Below, one piece after another: positions 1 to 7,312 of a stretch of DNA of 32,530 nucleotides. Made by a program: the position numbers and the translations under genes. Under the pieces are notes generated by a model. That model did no database searches. It was not told the origin of the DNA and saw only the letters and a list, made by a program, of their open reading frames with translations. Origin of the DNA: a virus (Duplodnaviria > Caudoviricetes); IMG/VR virus record IMGVR_UViG_3300048861_000051, positions 1 to 32,530 of that record; one strand, written 5' to 3'. Numbering within the stretch: the stretch's first letter is position 1; each line of letters starts with the position of its first letter.

Positions 1-142
1 AGTGGATGCGATTTTCGATACGCGCGATCCACTCTGCGTCCGGCGTCGTCAGGCAAATGCCTTTGATCATCAACGCGCACGCTGTAATCGCCGCGCTCTT
101 TTGCGCGTCGGTCGGGCTCGGCACTGCGTCTTCATTGTTCAT
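1..142 (-). CDS. Hypothetical phage protein, 5' part only (MNNEDAVPSPTDAQKSAAITACALMIKG...)
   Basis: ATG at 142 preceded by AAGGAG; frame open to the window edge; not in the ORF track. Confidence 0.55.
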   Translation of the reverse strand, partial: MNNEDAVPSPTDAQKSAAITACALMIKGICLTTPDAEWIARIENRIH

Positions 143-148
143 GGTCTC

Positions 149-634
149 TCACTCCTTGTTCGGTTGCTTCGCTCGTTTCATGAAGCAGATCCAGTGCGTA
201 TCGGCGCGCTTCCCCGACTTGTGGCCAAACAAAGGCTCTTGGTCGGTGAGTGCCAGAATTTCGCTCACCTTGATCTGCACCTCGTTCCACTTGAAGATCA
301 AAATCCCTTCCGTTTCTAGTACGCGGAAACACTCAGCAAAGCCGCGGCGAAGGTCTTCACGCCAGTCGTCCGAAAGAATTCCGTATTTGGCTTTGAGCCA
401 GCTAACCTGACCGGCCCGGCGCAGATGGGGCGGATCAAACGCGATCAGCTTGAAACTGCCGTCGTCGAACGGCATGTCGCGAAAGTCCATCTGCAAGTCA
501 GGCTTGATGTTCAATGCCCGCCCGTCGCAAAGGGTGTGCTCTTCATCGCGGATGTCGCCGAAAAGAACGCCCTGATTGGACGGATCAAACCAGAACATGC
601 GACTGCCGCAGCACGGGTCCAAAATCGACTTCAT
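149..634 (-). CDS. Class I SAM-dependent (probable DNA amino-) methyltransferase, small phage type
   Basis: Motif I ILDPCCGSRMFWF and motif IV FDPPH; 161 aa. Confidence 0.85.
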   Translation of the reverse strand: MKSILDPCCGSRMFWFDPSNQGVLFGDIRDEEHTLCDGRALNIKPDLQMDFRDMPFDDGSFKLIAFDPPHLRRAGQVSWLKAKYGILSDDWREDLRRGFAECFRVLETEGILIFKWNEVQIKVSEILALTDQEPLFGHKSGKRADTHWICFMKRAKQPNKE

Positions 635-663
635 CGTGTCGTCCTATTGTTCGGTTGCTTCGC
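156..663. repeat. 17-bp direct repeat TTGTTCGGTTGCTTCGC (156-172 and 647-663) bracketing the methyltransferase gene
   Basis: Exact match read from the sequence. Confidence 0.85.
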
Positions 664-680
664 GCGCTGCGCGGATGGGG

Positions 681-1181
681 TTAGGCGGCGCAGTCAACGG
701 CAGCAGAAAACTCGCCAAAATGTTTATTTGCCGCTTGCCTATATGCTTCATAAGCCTGATCTGGTGTATCGAAATAGCCGAGATGCATTTGATGACCTTT
801 GACAGTAATACGCGCACGCCAACCCTTCCTATCGACTAGCGAAACTCCCCGGAGACCTGACTTAGCGCGCGTCTTATCTACGTTCGCGGAGTTTTGTTGT
901 TGCGTTGCAAGCCTCAGGTTATTGATCCAGTTGTCTGTCTTAATTCGATTCTTGTGATCTATGCCACTGCTGGGCCAAACTCCATATACATAAAACCACG
1001 CTAGGATGTGTCCACGGTATGTCATTCCCAGAAGCTTGATTCGCCAATAACCTCTCCCGTCCTTGCTCCCCGCGATGGCGCCGGCTCGCATGCGCGTACC
1101 ATCAACCTTCCATCGAAAGATGCCCGTGAGGGGATCGTAGTCAAGGCATTGCTTGAGACTATTCAGGTCGAGAGTTCTCAT
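681..1181 (-). CDS. HNH endonuclease with C-terminal AP2 DNA-binding domain
   Basis: YDPLTGIFRW N-terminus, IDHKNRIKTDNWINNLR HNH core, GLRGVS..WRARI..HLGYFDTPDQAYEAY AP2; AT-richer than flanks; ATG 1181. Confidence 0.9.
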   Translation of the reverse strand: MRTLDLNSLKQCLDYDPLTGIFRWKVDGTRMRAGAIAGSKDGRGYWRIKLLGMTYRGHILAWFYVYGVWPSSGIDHKNRIKTDNWINNLRLATQQQNSANVDKTRAKSGLRGVSLVDRKGWRARITVKGHQMHLGYFDTPDQAYEAYRQAANKHFGEFSAAVDCAA

Positions 1182-1190
1182 GCTTGTTCC

Positions 1191-1222
1191 GAAAAAGCAG
1201 GGCGCTAAGTGAGCCGCCCCGA
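1191..1222 (-). terminator. Possible intrinsic terminator in the PL operon
   Basis: Minus strand GGGCG-N10-CGCCC then TGCTTTTT; a second 10-bp hairpin lies at 1232-1261. Confidence 0.35.
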
Positions 1223-1268
1223 ACACACGCCGGGCCGCACGCGGGATCGTTGCGCGCGGCCTTGCTCG

Positions 1269-1853
1269 TTACTCGATTCGCGATTCGTCCTGCGCCAGAT
1301 CGCTGCCTTCGAAGGGATCGCGCTCATCGTCCTGTTCTTCGTCCGGCTGGCCGTCGAACAGCGTCGGCATGTGATCCGGTGGCGTCAGGTCAATGAAGAT
1401 TTCCTGCTGCAGGCGCGTCACGAGTCGGCCATAGTCGATTTCATCGTTCGGGTGTGCCGTGATCTTGAATCCGACTCCGACTGACCCGCCTTCCTGCGTG
1501 ACAATCCGAATGTCTTTCAGTCCGCATTCGGATAGCAAAACGTCGTCCGCGCCGCTCGCTCCGATATGCACGCGCAACAGATAGCCTGCGTATTTGCGAT
1601 CCCACGCGAGATTGCGCATGAACGGGAAGCGCAGTTCGGTGAGTCCGTCATGTTCCATTGGAAGCTCGCCCGGTGCCGGCTGAGGCTTGCGATAGAGCAT
1701 GCTTCGAAGAGCGTTGTCGAACTGGTTGAGAATGTCGCCGCCGCAAACAATGTAGAGGCCGATCGAGATAGCCGATTTCCGTTCCTTGCCGTGCTTTTCC
1801 GATACGGGCGTGCACGAAGTGATCTTGGCGAGTTGATCCTTGAAGGTGAACAT
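1269..1853 (-). CDS. Hypothetical phage protein with acidic C-terminal tail (possible ssDNA-binding role, by inference)
   Basis: 194 aa ORF with AGGAG RBS; acidic tail; downstream of recT. Confidence 0.75.
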   Translation of the reverse strand: MFTFKDQLAKITSCTPVSEKHGKERKSAISIGLYIVCGGDILNQFDNALRSMLYRKPQPAPGELPMEHDGLTELRFPFMRNLAWDRKYAGYLLRVHIGASGADDVLLSECGLKDIRIVTQEGGSVGVGFKITAHPNDEIDYGRLVTRLQQEIFIDLTPPDHMPTLFDGQPDEEQDDERDPFEGSDLAQDESRIE

Positions 1854-1880
1854 CGGGGAATGCTCCTGAGTGGTTTAGGG

Positions 1881-2063
1881 TTACTGCTTCGGCTGACGCG
1901 CGGCGATATCGCGGATGCGGGCGGCGATGCGTTCGGGGACTGCGATCACCTGGCCGCCGTCGAGAGCGGCGAACGCGGGCCGCAGAAGCTCGCGGTCGAC
2001 CGTCGACAGGGGCGCGTGGCGGATCTGGTTCAGGTCGCGCCAGAGGTCTTGTTCGACGGTCAC
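1881..2063 (-). CDS. Hypothetical phage protein
   Basis: 60 aa; GTGA overlap with recT stop; AGGAG RBS. Confidence 0.7.
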   Translation of the reverse strand: MTVEQDLWRDLNQIRHAPLSTVDRELLRPAFAALDGGQVIAVPERIAARIRDIAARQPKQ

Positions 2064-3067
2064 GATTGCTCCTGAATCAGCGCGTCGCGGCGGTCCTGAT
2101 AGGCCTGCTCCAGCTTCAGGCGCTCGGCATCCGGATAGCTGCGCACTTCATCGGCGCAGATGTCCAGCACGTCGAGGTCGGCACACTTCTGGATGCGGTC
2201 GAGCATGGTCGAGTAGGGCGCGAGGATGCTGTCGGCCTGCGTCTCGCGCTGATCGGTGATCTCGCCAGTGGATTGGTCAACACTGTCGTCATCCACCGTC
2301 GTGAACTGACCGTCGATGATCGCGTTGTTGTCCTGCGGCAGGCCCATCTCCGCGCGCTCGTCGAGGCCGACGGCGGTCTGGATTTCGATGCTGACCGGCA
2401 GGAACTTGAACAGGCGGCGCACGACCGTCTTGAGCGCCATTGCCTGGTAGTCGGTCTTCCACGGGCCGCCGTTGCCGGCCTTGCTGCGCGCGCGGATGCC
2501 TTCGATCTCGGCGCGGCTCATCACGTCGAACTGGATTCCGCCATCCTTCAGCTTTGCGACTGCATAGACGAACTGGAGCTTGTCGCCCTTCGTACGGTTC
2601 GGGTTCGCCCAATCCGGCTCATGCTCAATGTGCGGATCGAGTCCAAGCCGACATTCGAACTTGTCGCCTTCATAGACGGCGCGCGCGTCGATGCTCACGA
2701 TTTGCCCGCTGCGGCGCGCGAGATCGATCATGCCGCGGTAGCCGATGATCAGTTGCACGTCGCGGCCGTACGGCAGCAGGTATGCATGACCAAGCGCGTT
2801 GCCGGGTTCTAGGCCAAGTTGCGCGCACTGGATGACCGCGCCGAAGAACGAGACCGGCGTGCATTCGGCCAGCTTCGGCACCTTGCGGATTTCGGTCGTG
2901 ACGATGCGCGCGAGGCGCTCAGGCGTCATATGACGCGGCAGCGCGGCCTTGATCTGTGCCTGCATGCTCGGACTCGACAGCATGTGTGCGACCTTGTCGA
3001 CCGGTGTCTTGGCGACTTCGCCGTTGCGTACGTTCGAAAGGCTGGTGGTGTTTTGTGCCACGGTCAT
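2060..3067 (-). CDS. recT: RecT-family single-strand annealing recombinase
   Basis: ALPRHMTPERLARI, AQLGLEPGNALGHAYLLPY, IIGYRGMIDLARRSG, MALKTVVRRLFKFLPVSIE; alternative GTG start at 3061. Confidence 0.95.
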   Translation of the reverse strand: MTVAQNTTSLSNVRNGEVAKTPVDKVAHMLSSPSMQAQIKAALPRHMTPERLARIVTTEIRKVPKLAECTPVSFFGAVIQCAQLGLEPGNALGHAYLLPYGRDVQLIIGYRGMIDLARRSGQIVSIDARAVYEGDKFECRLGLDPHIEHEPDWANPNRTKGDKLQFVYAVAKLKDGGIQFDVMSRAEIEGIRARSKAGNGGPWKTDYQAMALKTVVRRLFKFLPVSIEIQTAVGLDERAEMGLPQDNNAIIDGQFTTVDDDSVDQSTGEITDQRETQADSILAPYSTMLDRIQKCADLDVLDICADEVRSYPDAERLKLEQAYQDRRDALIQEQS

Positions 3068-3891
3068 TCCTCAGTAATGAGAGCCCAGGAGGGCAAGCGG
3101 ATAATGTCGATGCCCGTCGAGTAGCCGGGCCACGTGTTGGTGCGCTCGCACTCGGCGTACGTGCGCAGGTTCTTGCGGTACTTCTGGCGGCCGGATTCGA
3201 GGCTTTCTTCGTCGAGCATGAAAGCGTTCGCGGCGAACGGGTATTCGGTTTCGACTGCGACGAACACGAATCCGAGAACCGGGCGGCCGCTTGCCGCTGC
3301 ATAGCCGTCGCTGTAGAACGCGGCCTGCACGTCGTAACGCTTGCGCGCGACCTGACGGCGGAACTCGTTGGCGCTCGCGATGCTGTACGTCTTCAGGTCG
3401 AGCAGGATCACGCCAGCGTCGCCGCAGTCGTTCACCCAGTCAGGACGGCAGCGGCACTTCACGCCGGTCTGCTCGTCGGTCCAGAAAGCGGAAACTTCGG
3501 CCTTGCCGTTTGCGAGCGCCTCGCCGATCTCTGGCAGCGCGCGCACCGATACCGCCTGACGTGCCGCGGCTTCGTGCTGGTCGTGCTGTATGGCCACGCG
3601 GTTCGGGTGCGCGTCGACGAACTCTTTCCAGACCTTTGTGTTGCGGTTGACGGTCGGGCCGACGACGTAGCGCGATTCGAACTCGTCAGGCTCCAGCACC
3701 GCGCAATGCGCGAGGTTGCCTTCGAGCTGGCCGGCCTTCGTCGTCGGCGCCGGCCGATCCTCTGCACGATGCCGCGCGAAGAAGATCGCCGGCGACAGGT
3801 CGAGTGTGTCGAGCTGCGATTTGCTGACCGGTGTCATCGCGTGGTACTGCTCGATGTCGAGGCCTTCGATCAGGTTGTCGGAATAGCTCAC
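3064..3891 (-). CDS. recE: RecE/exonuclease VIII-like PD-(D/E)XK nuclease (DUF3799 type)
   Basis: YHA..VSKSQLD, GNLAHCAVLEP, CRCRPDW, DLKT, RYDVQAAFY; GTG 3891 with GGAG RBS; adjacent to recT. Confidence 0.9.
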   Translation of the reverse strand: MSYSDNLIEGLDIEQYHAMTPVSKSQLDTLDLSPAIFFARHRAEDRPAPTTKAGQLEGNLAHCAVLEPDEFESRYVVGPTVNRNTKVWKEFVDAHPNRVAIQHDQHEAAARQAVSVRALPEIGEALANGKAEVSAFWTDEQTGVKCRCRPDWVNDCGDAGVILLDLKTYSIASANEFRRQVARKRYDVQAAFYSDGYAAASGRPVLGFVFVAVETEYPFAANAFMLDEESLESGRQKYRKNLRTYAECERTNTWPGYSTGIDIIRLPSWALITEE

Positions 3892-3995
3892 GTCGCACTC
3901 CGTTGCAGAACGAGGATCACGAACGCCACCGCAGCGCCGAGGATCATGGCGAGGAGCGGGCGCGCGTCGAGGTATTGGGAGAGGGCGCGGATCAT
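3888..3995 (-). CDS. 35-aa single-TM peptide (MIRALSQYLDARPLLAMILGAAVAFVILVLQRSAT)
   Basis: ATGA/GTGA overlaps with both neighbours; hydrophobic stretch. Confidence 0.6.
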   Translation of the reverse strand: MIRALSQYLDARPLLAMILGAAVAFVILVLQRSAT

Positions 3996-4195
3996 TGCGG
4001 CAACTCCGGCAACGGCATCCAGTGCGTGGGCCAGTAGAGGTCGTCACCGATGTCATCGTTGACGAAAGCGCCATTCATGCGCCGAGCAGTGGCAACGAAT
4101 CGCGTGGTGTCCGGCTTGTTGTATGCCCAGCCGGTCACCAGTACGATCGAATCCTCATCCGGTAAACGGTCATCTGTTTTGATCCAGTCGCTCAT
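3992..4195 (-). CDS. DUF551-like protein
   Basis: MSDWIKTDDRLP...PTHWMPLPELP signature. Confidence 0.85.
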   Translation of the reverse strand: MSDWIKTDDRLPDEDSIVLVTGWAYNKPDTTRFVATARRMNGAFVNDDIGDDLYWPTHWMPLPELPQ

Positions 4196-4374
4196 TACGC
4201 CACCTTGATATGAGTGAACACGCGTGCGATGTGGTGCGGCACGTAGATCGATCCGATCCGCACCCGCGGCACCACGCCGCGACGAACCAGAGCGGCCTTT
4301 GCAGCCTCCTGACGGCGCTTGGTGCGCTCGCAGAGCATTTCGTACTTCAGGTCGAGAACTCGGTCTTTCAGCAT
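4195..4374 (-). CDS. Hypothetical basic phage protein (59 aa)
   Basis: ATG 4374 with GAGGTG RBS; TAATG overlap with next gene. Confidence 0.65.
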   Translation of the reverse strand: MLKDRVLDLKYEMLCERTKRRQEAAKAALVRRGVVPRVRIGSIYVPHHIARVFTHIKVA

Positions 4375-4490
4375 GACCACCTCAGATAGAACGTGAAGAC
4401 CACGAGAGCGCACACTGCCGAGGCACACACGCCGGCTGAGAATGCGAGGGAAAGGTCGGCTAGGCGCAGATCACGTTCGGTTGTCTTCAC
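4368..4490 (-). CDS. 40-aa single-TM peptide
   Basis: GTG 4490 with GAGG RBS; LSLAFSAGVCASAVCALVVFTFYL hydrophobic. Confidence 0.55.
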   Translation of the reverse strand: MKTTERDLRLADLSLAFSAGVCASAVCALVVFTFYLRWSC

Positions 4491-4561
4491 GCGAACCTCA
4501 CCACGCGGCAGAAGCACCAGGCGAGGCCGATCCAGAGCAGGGCGATGGCGAGGGCGCTCAT
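4487..4561 (-). CDS. 24-aa hydrophobic peptide (MSALAIALLWIGLAWCFCRVVRFA)
   Basis: ATGA and GTGA overlaps at both ends; GAGGTG RBS. Confidence 0.5.
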   Translation of the reverse strand: MSALAIALLWIGLAWCFCRVVRFA

Positions 4562-4881
4562 GCGGCACCTCGGGCTTTGGCGATCGCGGCATGAACCTTC
4601 GTCGCCCACACAGCAGTGCCGGGGCACGGACCTTCGATGTCGACCAACTCGACCAGCAACGCGAGAAGATCGGGCGCGGCGAGCAGCAAATCAGCGCTCC
4701 GCGGCTTGCCGTTGGGCCATTTTTCTTTGATTGCCAGAGCTGCAACTGCACTACCTTCCAAAAAGCAGACTTGCAGTTCGTCAGGACCGCCTACGATGTG
4801 TTGCGGATAAACGCTGCCATCCTCAAGCACCTCGCGATCGACGAATCGCCATGGCCCTTCGATGTGCTTGATCTCGCTCAT
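4558..4881 (-). CDS. Hypothetical phage early protein (H.xGPW...AAPDLL type)
   Basis: MSEIKHIEGPW and LLLAAPDLLALL...AAIAKARG, common in phage early genes. Confidence 0.75.
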   Translation of the reverse strand: MSEIKHIEGPWRFVDREVLEDGSVYPQHIVGGPDELQVCFLEGSAVAALAIKEKWPNGKPRSADLLLAAPDLLALLVELVDIEGPCPGTAVWATKVHAAIAKARGAA

Positions 4882-5078
4882 TGCAGGCTCCCCGTCGTGT
4901 GGATCGTGCGCAGGCCGGCGATCTGCGTCGACTCGTGCAGCGCGGCCGCGCACTTGATGCACTCAGCAGCCAGGCGAGCCGATGCGGCGTTTTCTTCAGG
5001 CTGCTTCAGCAGATGGTCAGCAGTCACCTTCAGGCAGGCGATCGCTTCGATGATCTTTTCCGGGCGGACTTCCATCAC
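4878..5078 (-). CDS. Hypothetical phage protein
   Basis: 66 aa; 4-bp overlaps on both sides. Confidence 0.65.
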   Translation of the reverse strand: MMEVRPEKIIEAIACLKVTADHLLKQPEENAASARLAAECIKCAAALHESTQIAGLRTIHTTGSLQ

Positions 5079-5389
5079 ACACCCCCGCTCAAACGGCGCT
5101 TCACGATCGATTCCTTCGCCTGAAGCAGCAGACAGTGGATCAGGTGAAGGTCGCGGTTCTCGCCCCGAGCAATCGCGTGCATCAGCGCTTCGTCCTGCGC
5201 CTCGCTGAACGTCTCGCTGATCTCTTCGAGCAGGTCGAAGCGCGTCACCGCGGCCTCAATCTCAGCGCGGCGGTCGTATGCAGCCAGAGCGGCGTTGTCG
5301 AGTGCCTCTTGAAGGCGGTCGCTGTAGTAGTCCACGGACTGCGTCACGCGCTGAACGCTGCGGAGCTGATCGATATCGGCGTAGAGCAT
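5075..5389 (-). CDS. Hypothetical protein, first gene of the PL operon
   Basis: GAGGTG RBS before ATG 5389 (track start GTG 5398). Confidence 0.7.
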   Translation of the reverse strand: MLYADIDQLRSVQRVTQSVDYYSDRLQEALDNAALAAYDRRAEIEAAVTRFDLLEEISETFSEAQDEALMHAIARGENRDLHLIHCLLLQAKESIVKRRLSGGV

Positions 5390-5425
5390 TTGGGTCACCT
5401 CATGTGTGGTGTTGCTGTGAGGTGA

Positions 5426-5468
5426 ATTATACGACTGTGAATAGATGTGTCAATACATCAATGAATAG
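5426..5468 (-). promoter_or_regulatory. PL promoter with operators OL1/OL2
   Basis: Minus strand TTGACA (5453-5448)-N16-TATAAT (5431-5426); 18-bp boxes TTATACGACTGTGAATAG (5427-5444) and CAATACATCAATGAATAG (5451-5468). Confidence 0.85.
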
Positions 5469-5478
5469 ATTTGAATAG

Positions 5479-5505
5479 AAAAAAGCCCGCTCGACGGCGG
5501 GCTTC
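5479..5505 (-). terminator. Intrinsic terminator of the cI-lipoprotein transcript
   Basis: Minus strand GCCCGC-CGTCGA-GCGGGC-TTTTTT. Confidence 0.85.
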
Positions 5506-5524
5506 TATGCGAGGCAGTTCAATC

Positions 5525-5872
5525 CTACTGTGGTGAAGCGCTCAGAGTTGAAAGATCAGGGCGTTTGTAGGCCGGGTCATTTGCATCAAGGCATTGGAAA
5601 GTGAGATCAGATTCGACCGGTGTCCAGCCGCGGGCTCCCGATGTCTTGGCCGGCGCAGCCTGAAGTTCCTTGCCGCGCGCGCCGCAAAACTCTCGAGCCT
5701 TCGCGACAGCGAGTCCCGTTGTTTCGCCATGCGACTGGAAACCTCCGCGCGTGGTCGCATCGACCTGGTAGGTGTCTTTGCCTATCTGCGTCACTTCGCT
5801 GACCGATTGGCAACCTGACAGCGCAAATGCGGCGACAGCCGTAGCTATGGCCCCTGATATCGTCCTTTTCAT
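5525..5872 (-). CDS. Small lipoprotein co-transcribed with cI
   Basis: MKR + hydrophobic signal + lipobox LSGC; two further Cys; GGGGAG RBS. Confidence 0.8.
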   Translation of the reverse strand: MKRTISGAIATAVAAFALSGCQSVSEVTQIGKDTYQVDATTRGGFQSHGETTGLAVAKAREFCGARGKELQAAPAKTSGARGWTPVESDLTFQCLDANDPAYKRPDLSTLSASPQ

Positions 5873-5888
5873 TCTGGTCTCCCCGCGC

Positions 5889-6602
5889 TCAGCCCGAGCG
5901 GTATATGACTTCGCCCACGATGTGCACGAATTGCAGCATCTCAGGTGGAACAATCTTGTCAGGGTAATTCGAGTTGTATGAGTGCAGGATCAAGCCACCA
6001 CCGGCCTGCTTGAAGACCTGTTTGACAAGCGGCTCGTCGTTAAAGTAGATGGCGTAGCGCTCACCGTCTCGGATGTTCGTCGCGGCCGTATTCACCATGA
6101 AAACGTTCTTGTCGTACAGATACGGTTCCATGCTGTCGCCGCGAGACACCAGCAGCTTACAGTCCTTCGGGTTGACGCCCTTGGCCTTGAAGAACGCCGC
6201 ATTGAAGGGCAGCGCTCGCTTTTCGCGAACTTCCCACTGGATCAAGCCAGCCCCCGCCGAAAAATGGTAGTCGAACCGGTCGATCCAAATTCGATCGTCA
6301 TCCGGCTCTAAGTCTTCAGGATTTTCCCATACCGCAATATTTCCCTTATCTTGGGAAAGAGGTACTTTTTGCGCACTTTTTGGCGCATCAGGTCCTGGAC
6401 CTACACCATCCGTAAGCCATTCGACATTTACTAGTAGGGCTTGTGCTAGTTTTTTAACATTTTGGAGGTCGGGATTCGGTGTGACGCCCTTCAATATGCG
6501 GTTGATCGTCGGCTGAGGAACACCAGAGGCACGGGCCAATGCGCTCTGACTCTCGATTCCCCTAATGTTCATTGCCTCATCGAGGCGGCTGGCGATGTTC
6601 AT
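5889..6602 (-). CDS. cI: CI-like repressor (XRE HTH + S24 autopeptidase)
   Basis: SQSALARASGVPQPTINRIL HTH; SAG cleavage site; GDSMEP Ser; LVKQ Lys; ATG 6602. Confidence 0.93.
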   Translation of the reverse strand: MNIASRLDEAMNIRGIESQSALARASGVPQPTINRILKGVTPNPDLQNVKKLAQALLVNVEWLTDGVGPGPDAPKSAQKVPLSQDKGNIAVWENPEDLEPDDDRIWIDRFDYHFSAGAGLIQWEVREKRALPFNAAFFKAKGVNPKDCKLLVSRGDSMEPYLYDKNVFMVNTAATNIRDGERYAIYFNDEPLVKQVFKQAGGGLILHSYNSNYPDKIVPPEMLQFVHIVGEVIYRSG

Positions 6603-6704
6603 GGGCGGAATATACGCATTTGAATAATAGGACGGCAAGTTGCTATCCATCTCCGCATTGACGTAGCTATTCATCGTCGTATAGACTTCTGCATAGGTGA
6701 ATAA
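6603..6704. promoter_or_regulatory. OR region: divergent PRM/PR with three or four 18-bp operators
   Basis: Boxes at 6610-6627, 6643-6660, 6667-6684 and a weaker one at 6687-6704 match the OL boxes; PR -35 TTGACG at 6658-6663; PRM TTGCCG-N18-TATATT on minus strand. Confidence 0.8.
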
Positions 6705-6718
6705 CTTATGGAATCGTC

Positions 6719-6973
6719 ATGGACGCCCAAACTCCCCGCGACATGCTCACAGAGATCAAGGCTTTCACAGGCCTCAGCGAAGTTGCGTTGGCAGGTGTGC
6801 TGAAGGTCTCGCAGCCGACGATCAATCGCGTACTCAACAGTCAAGACGGCTGCTCTTCCAAAACGCTGATGGCGATCCTTCATATGCACGCGGATATGAA
6901 GGCGGGGCGTCTCGCGCCCGCGCCGGTAATCGCCGAACCGTCCGCCCACTTCACCGAACAGGCGGCAGCATGA
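6719..6973 (+). CDS. cro: Cro-like HTH regulator
   Basis: GLSEVALAGVLKVSQPTINRVL; divergent from cI. Confidence 0.85.
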   Translation: MDAQTPRDMLTEIKAFTGLSEVALAGVLKVSQPTINRVLNSQDGCSSKTLMAILHMHADMKAGRLAPAPVIAEPSAHFTEQAAA

Positions 6974-7224
6974 GCGATCAGACCGCGTCCATGTTCTGGC
7001 TCAAGAACCGCCGTTCGCAAGGATGGCGAGGATGTCCGACCGAAGAGCTTCGAGCCGGTTGTACTGCGCACCCGTGGTGTCGCGCGCATCGTGAAGCATC
7101 GATGCCAATGTCTGCTCAACCCGCCCATGAAACTCTGCCGCGATGTCTTTCCGGAGCTGTGGCGGGATCGTATGCGCGGTGGCAACTGCGAGTGCGAGCG
7201 CTGCTTCGAATCCGGCCTCGTTAA
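6970..7224 (+). CDS. Possible ORF coupled to cro, starting with a TerS-like motif
   Basis: ATGA overlap with cro stop; MSDQTASMFWLKNRRSQGWR; the rest overlaps an antisense gene. Confidence 0.35.
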   Translation: MSDQTASMFWLKNRRSQGWRGCPTEELRAGCTAHPWCRAHREASMPMSAQPAHETLPRCLSGAVAGSYARWQLRVRALLRIRPR

Positions 7225-7312
7225 GCGCGACGCGCTCTTCGAGATCGTCGATGGCTTCCCTTGTCGCTCGTGCAACCGCATCCGTAATCAGCTTTTTAAT
7301 TTCTTCGTCCAC
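7001..7312 (-). CDS. Antisense helical protein between cro and cII (103 aa)
   Basis: GTG 7312 with GGGA RBS; protein-like helical composition; TGgCAGAAT extended -10 at 7373-7365. Confidence 0.65.
   Translation of the reverse strand: MDEEIKKLITDAVARATREAIDDLEERVALNEAGFEAALALAVATAHTIPPQLRKDIAAEFHGRVEQTLASMLHDARDTTGAQYNRLEALRSDILAILANGGS

Noticed and set aside
2066-5208. Long plus-strand ORFs opposite recT, recE and early genes
   Set aside because: Antisense shadows of well-supported minus-strand genes
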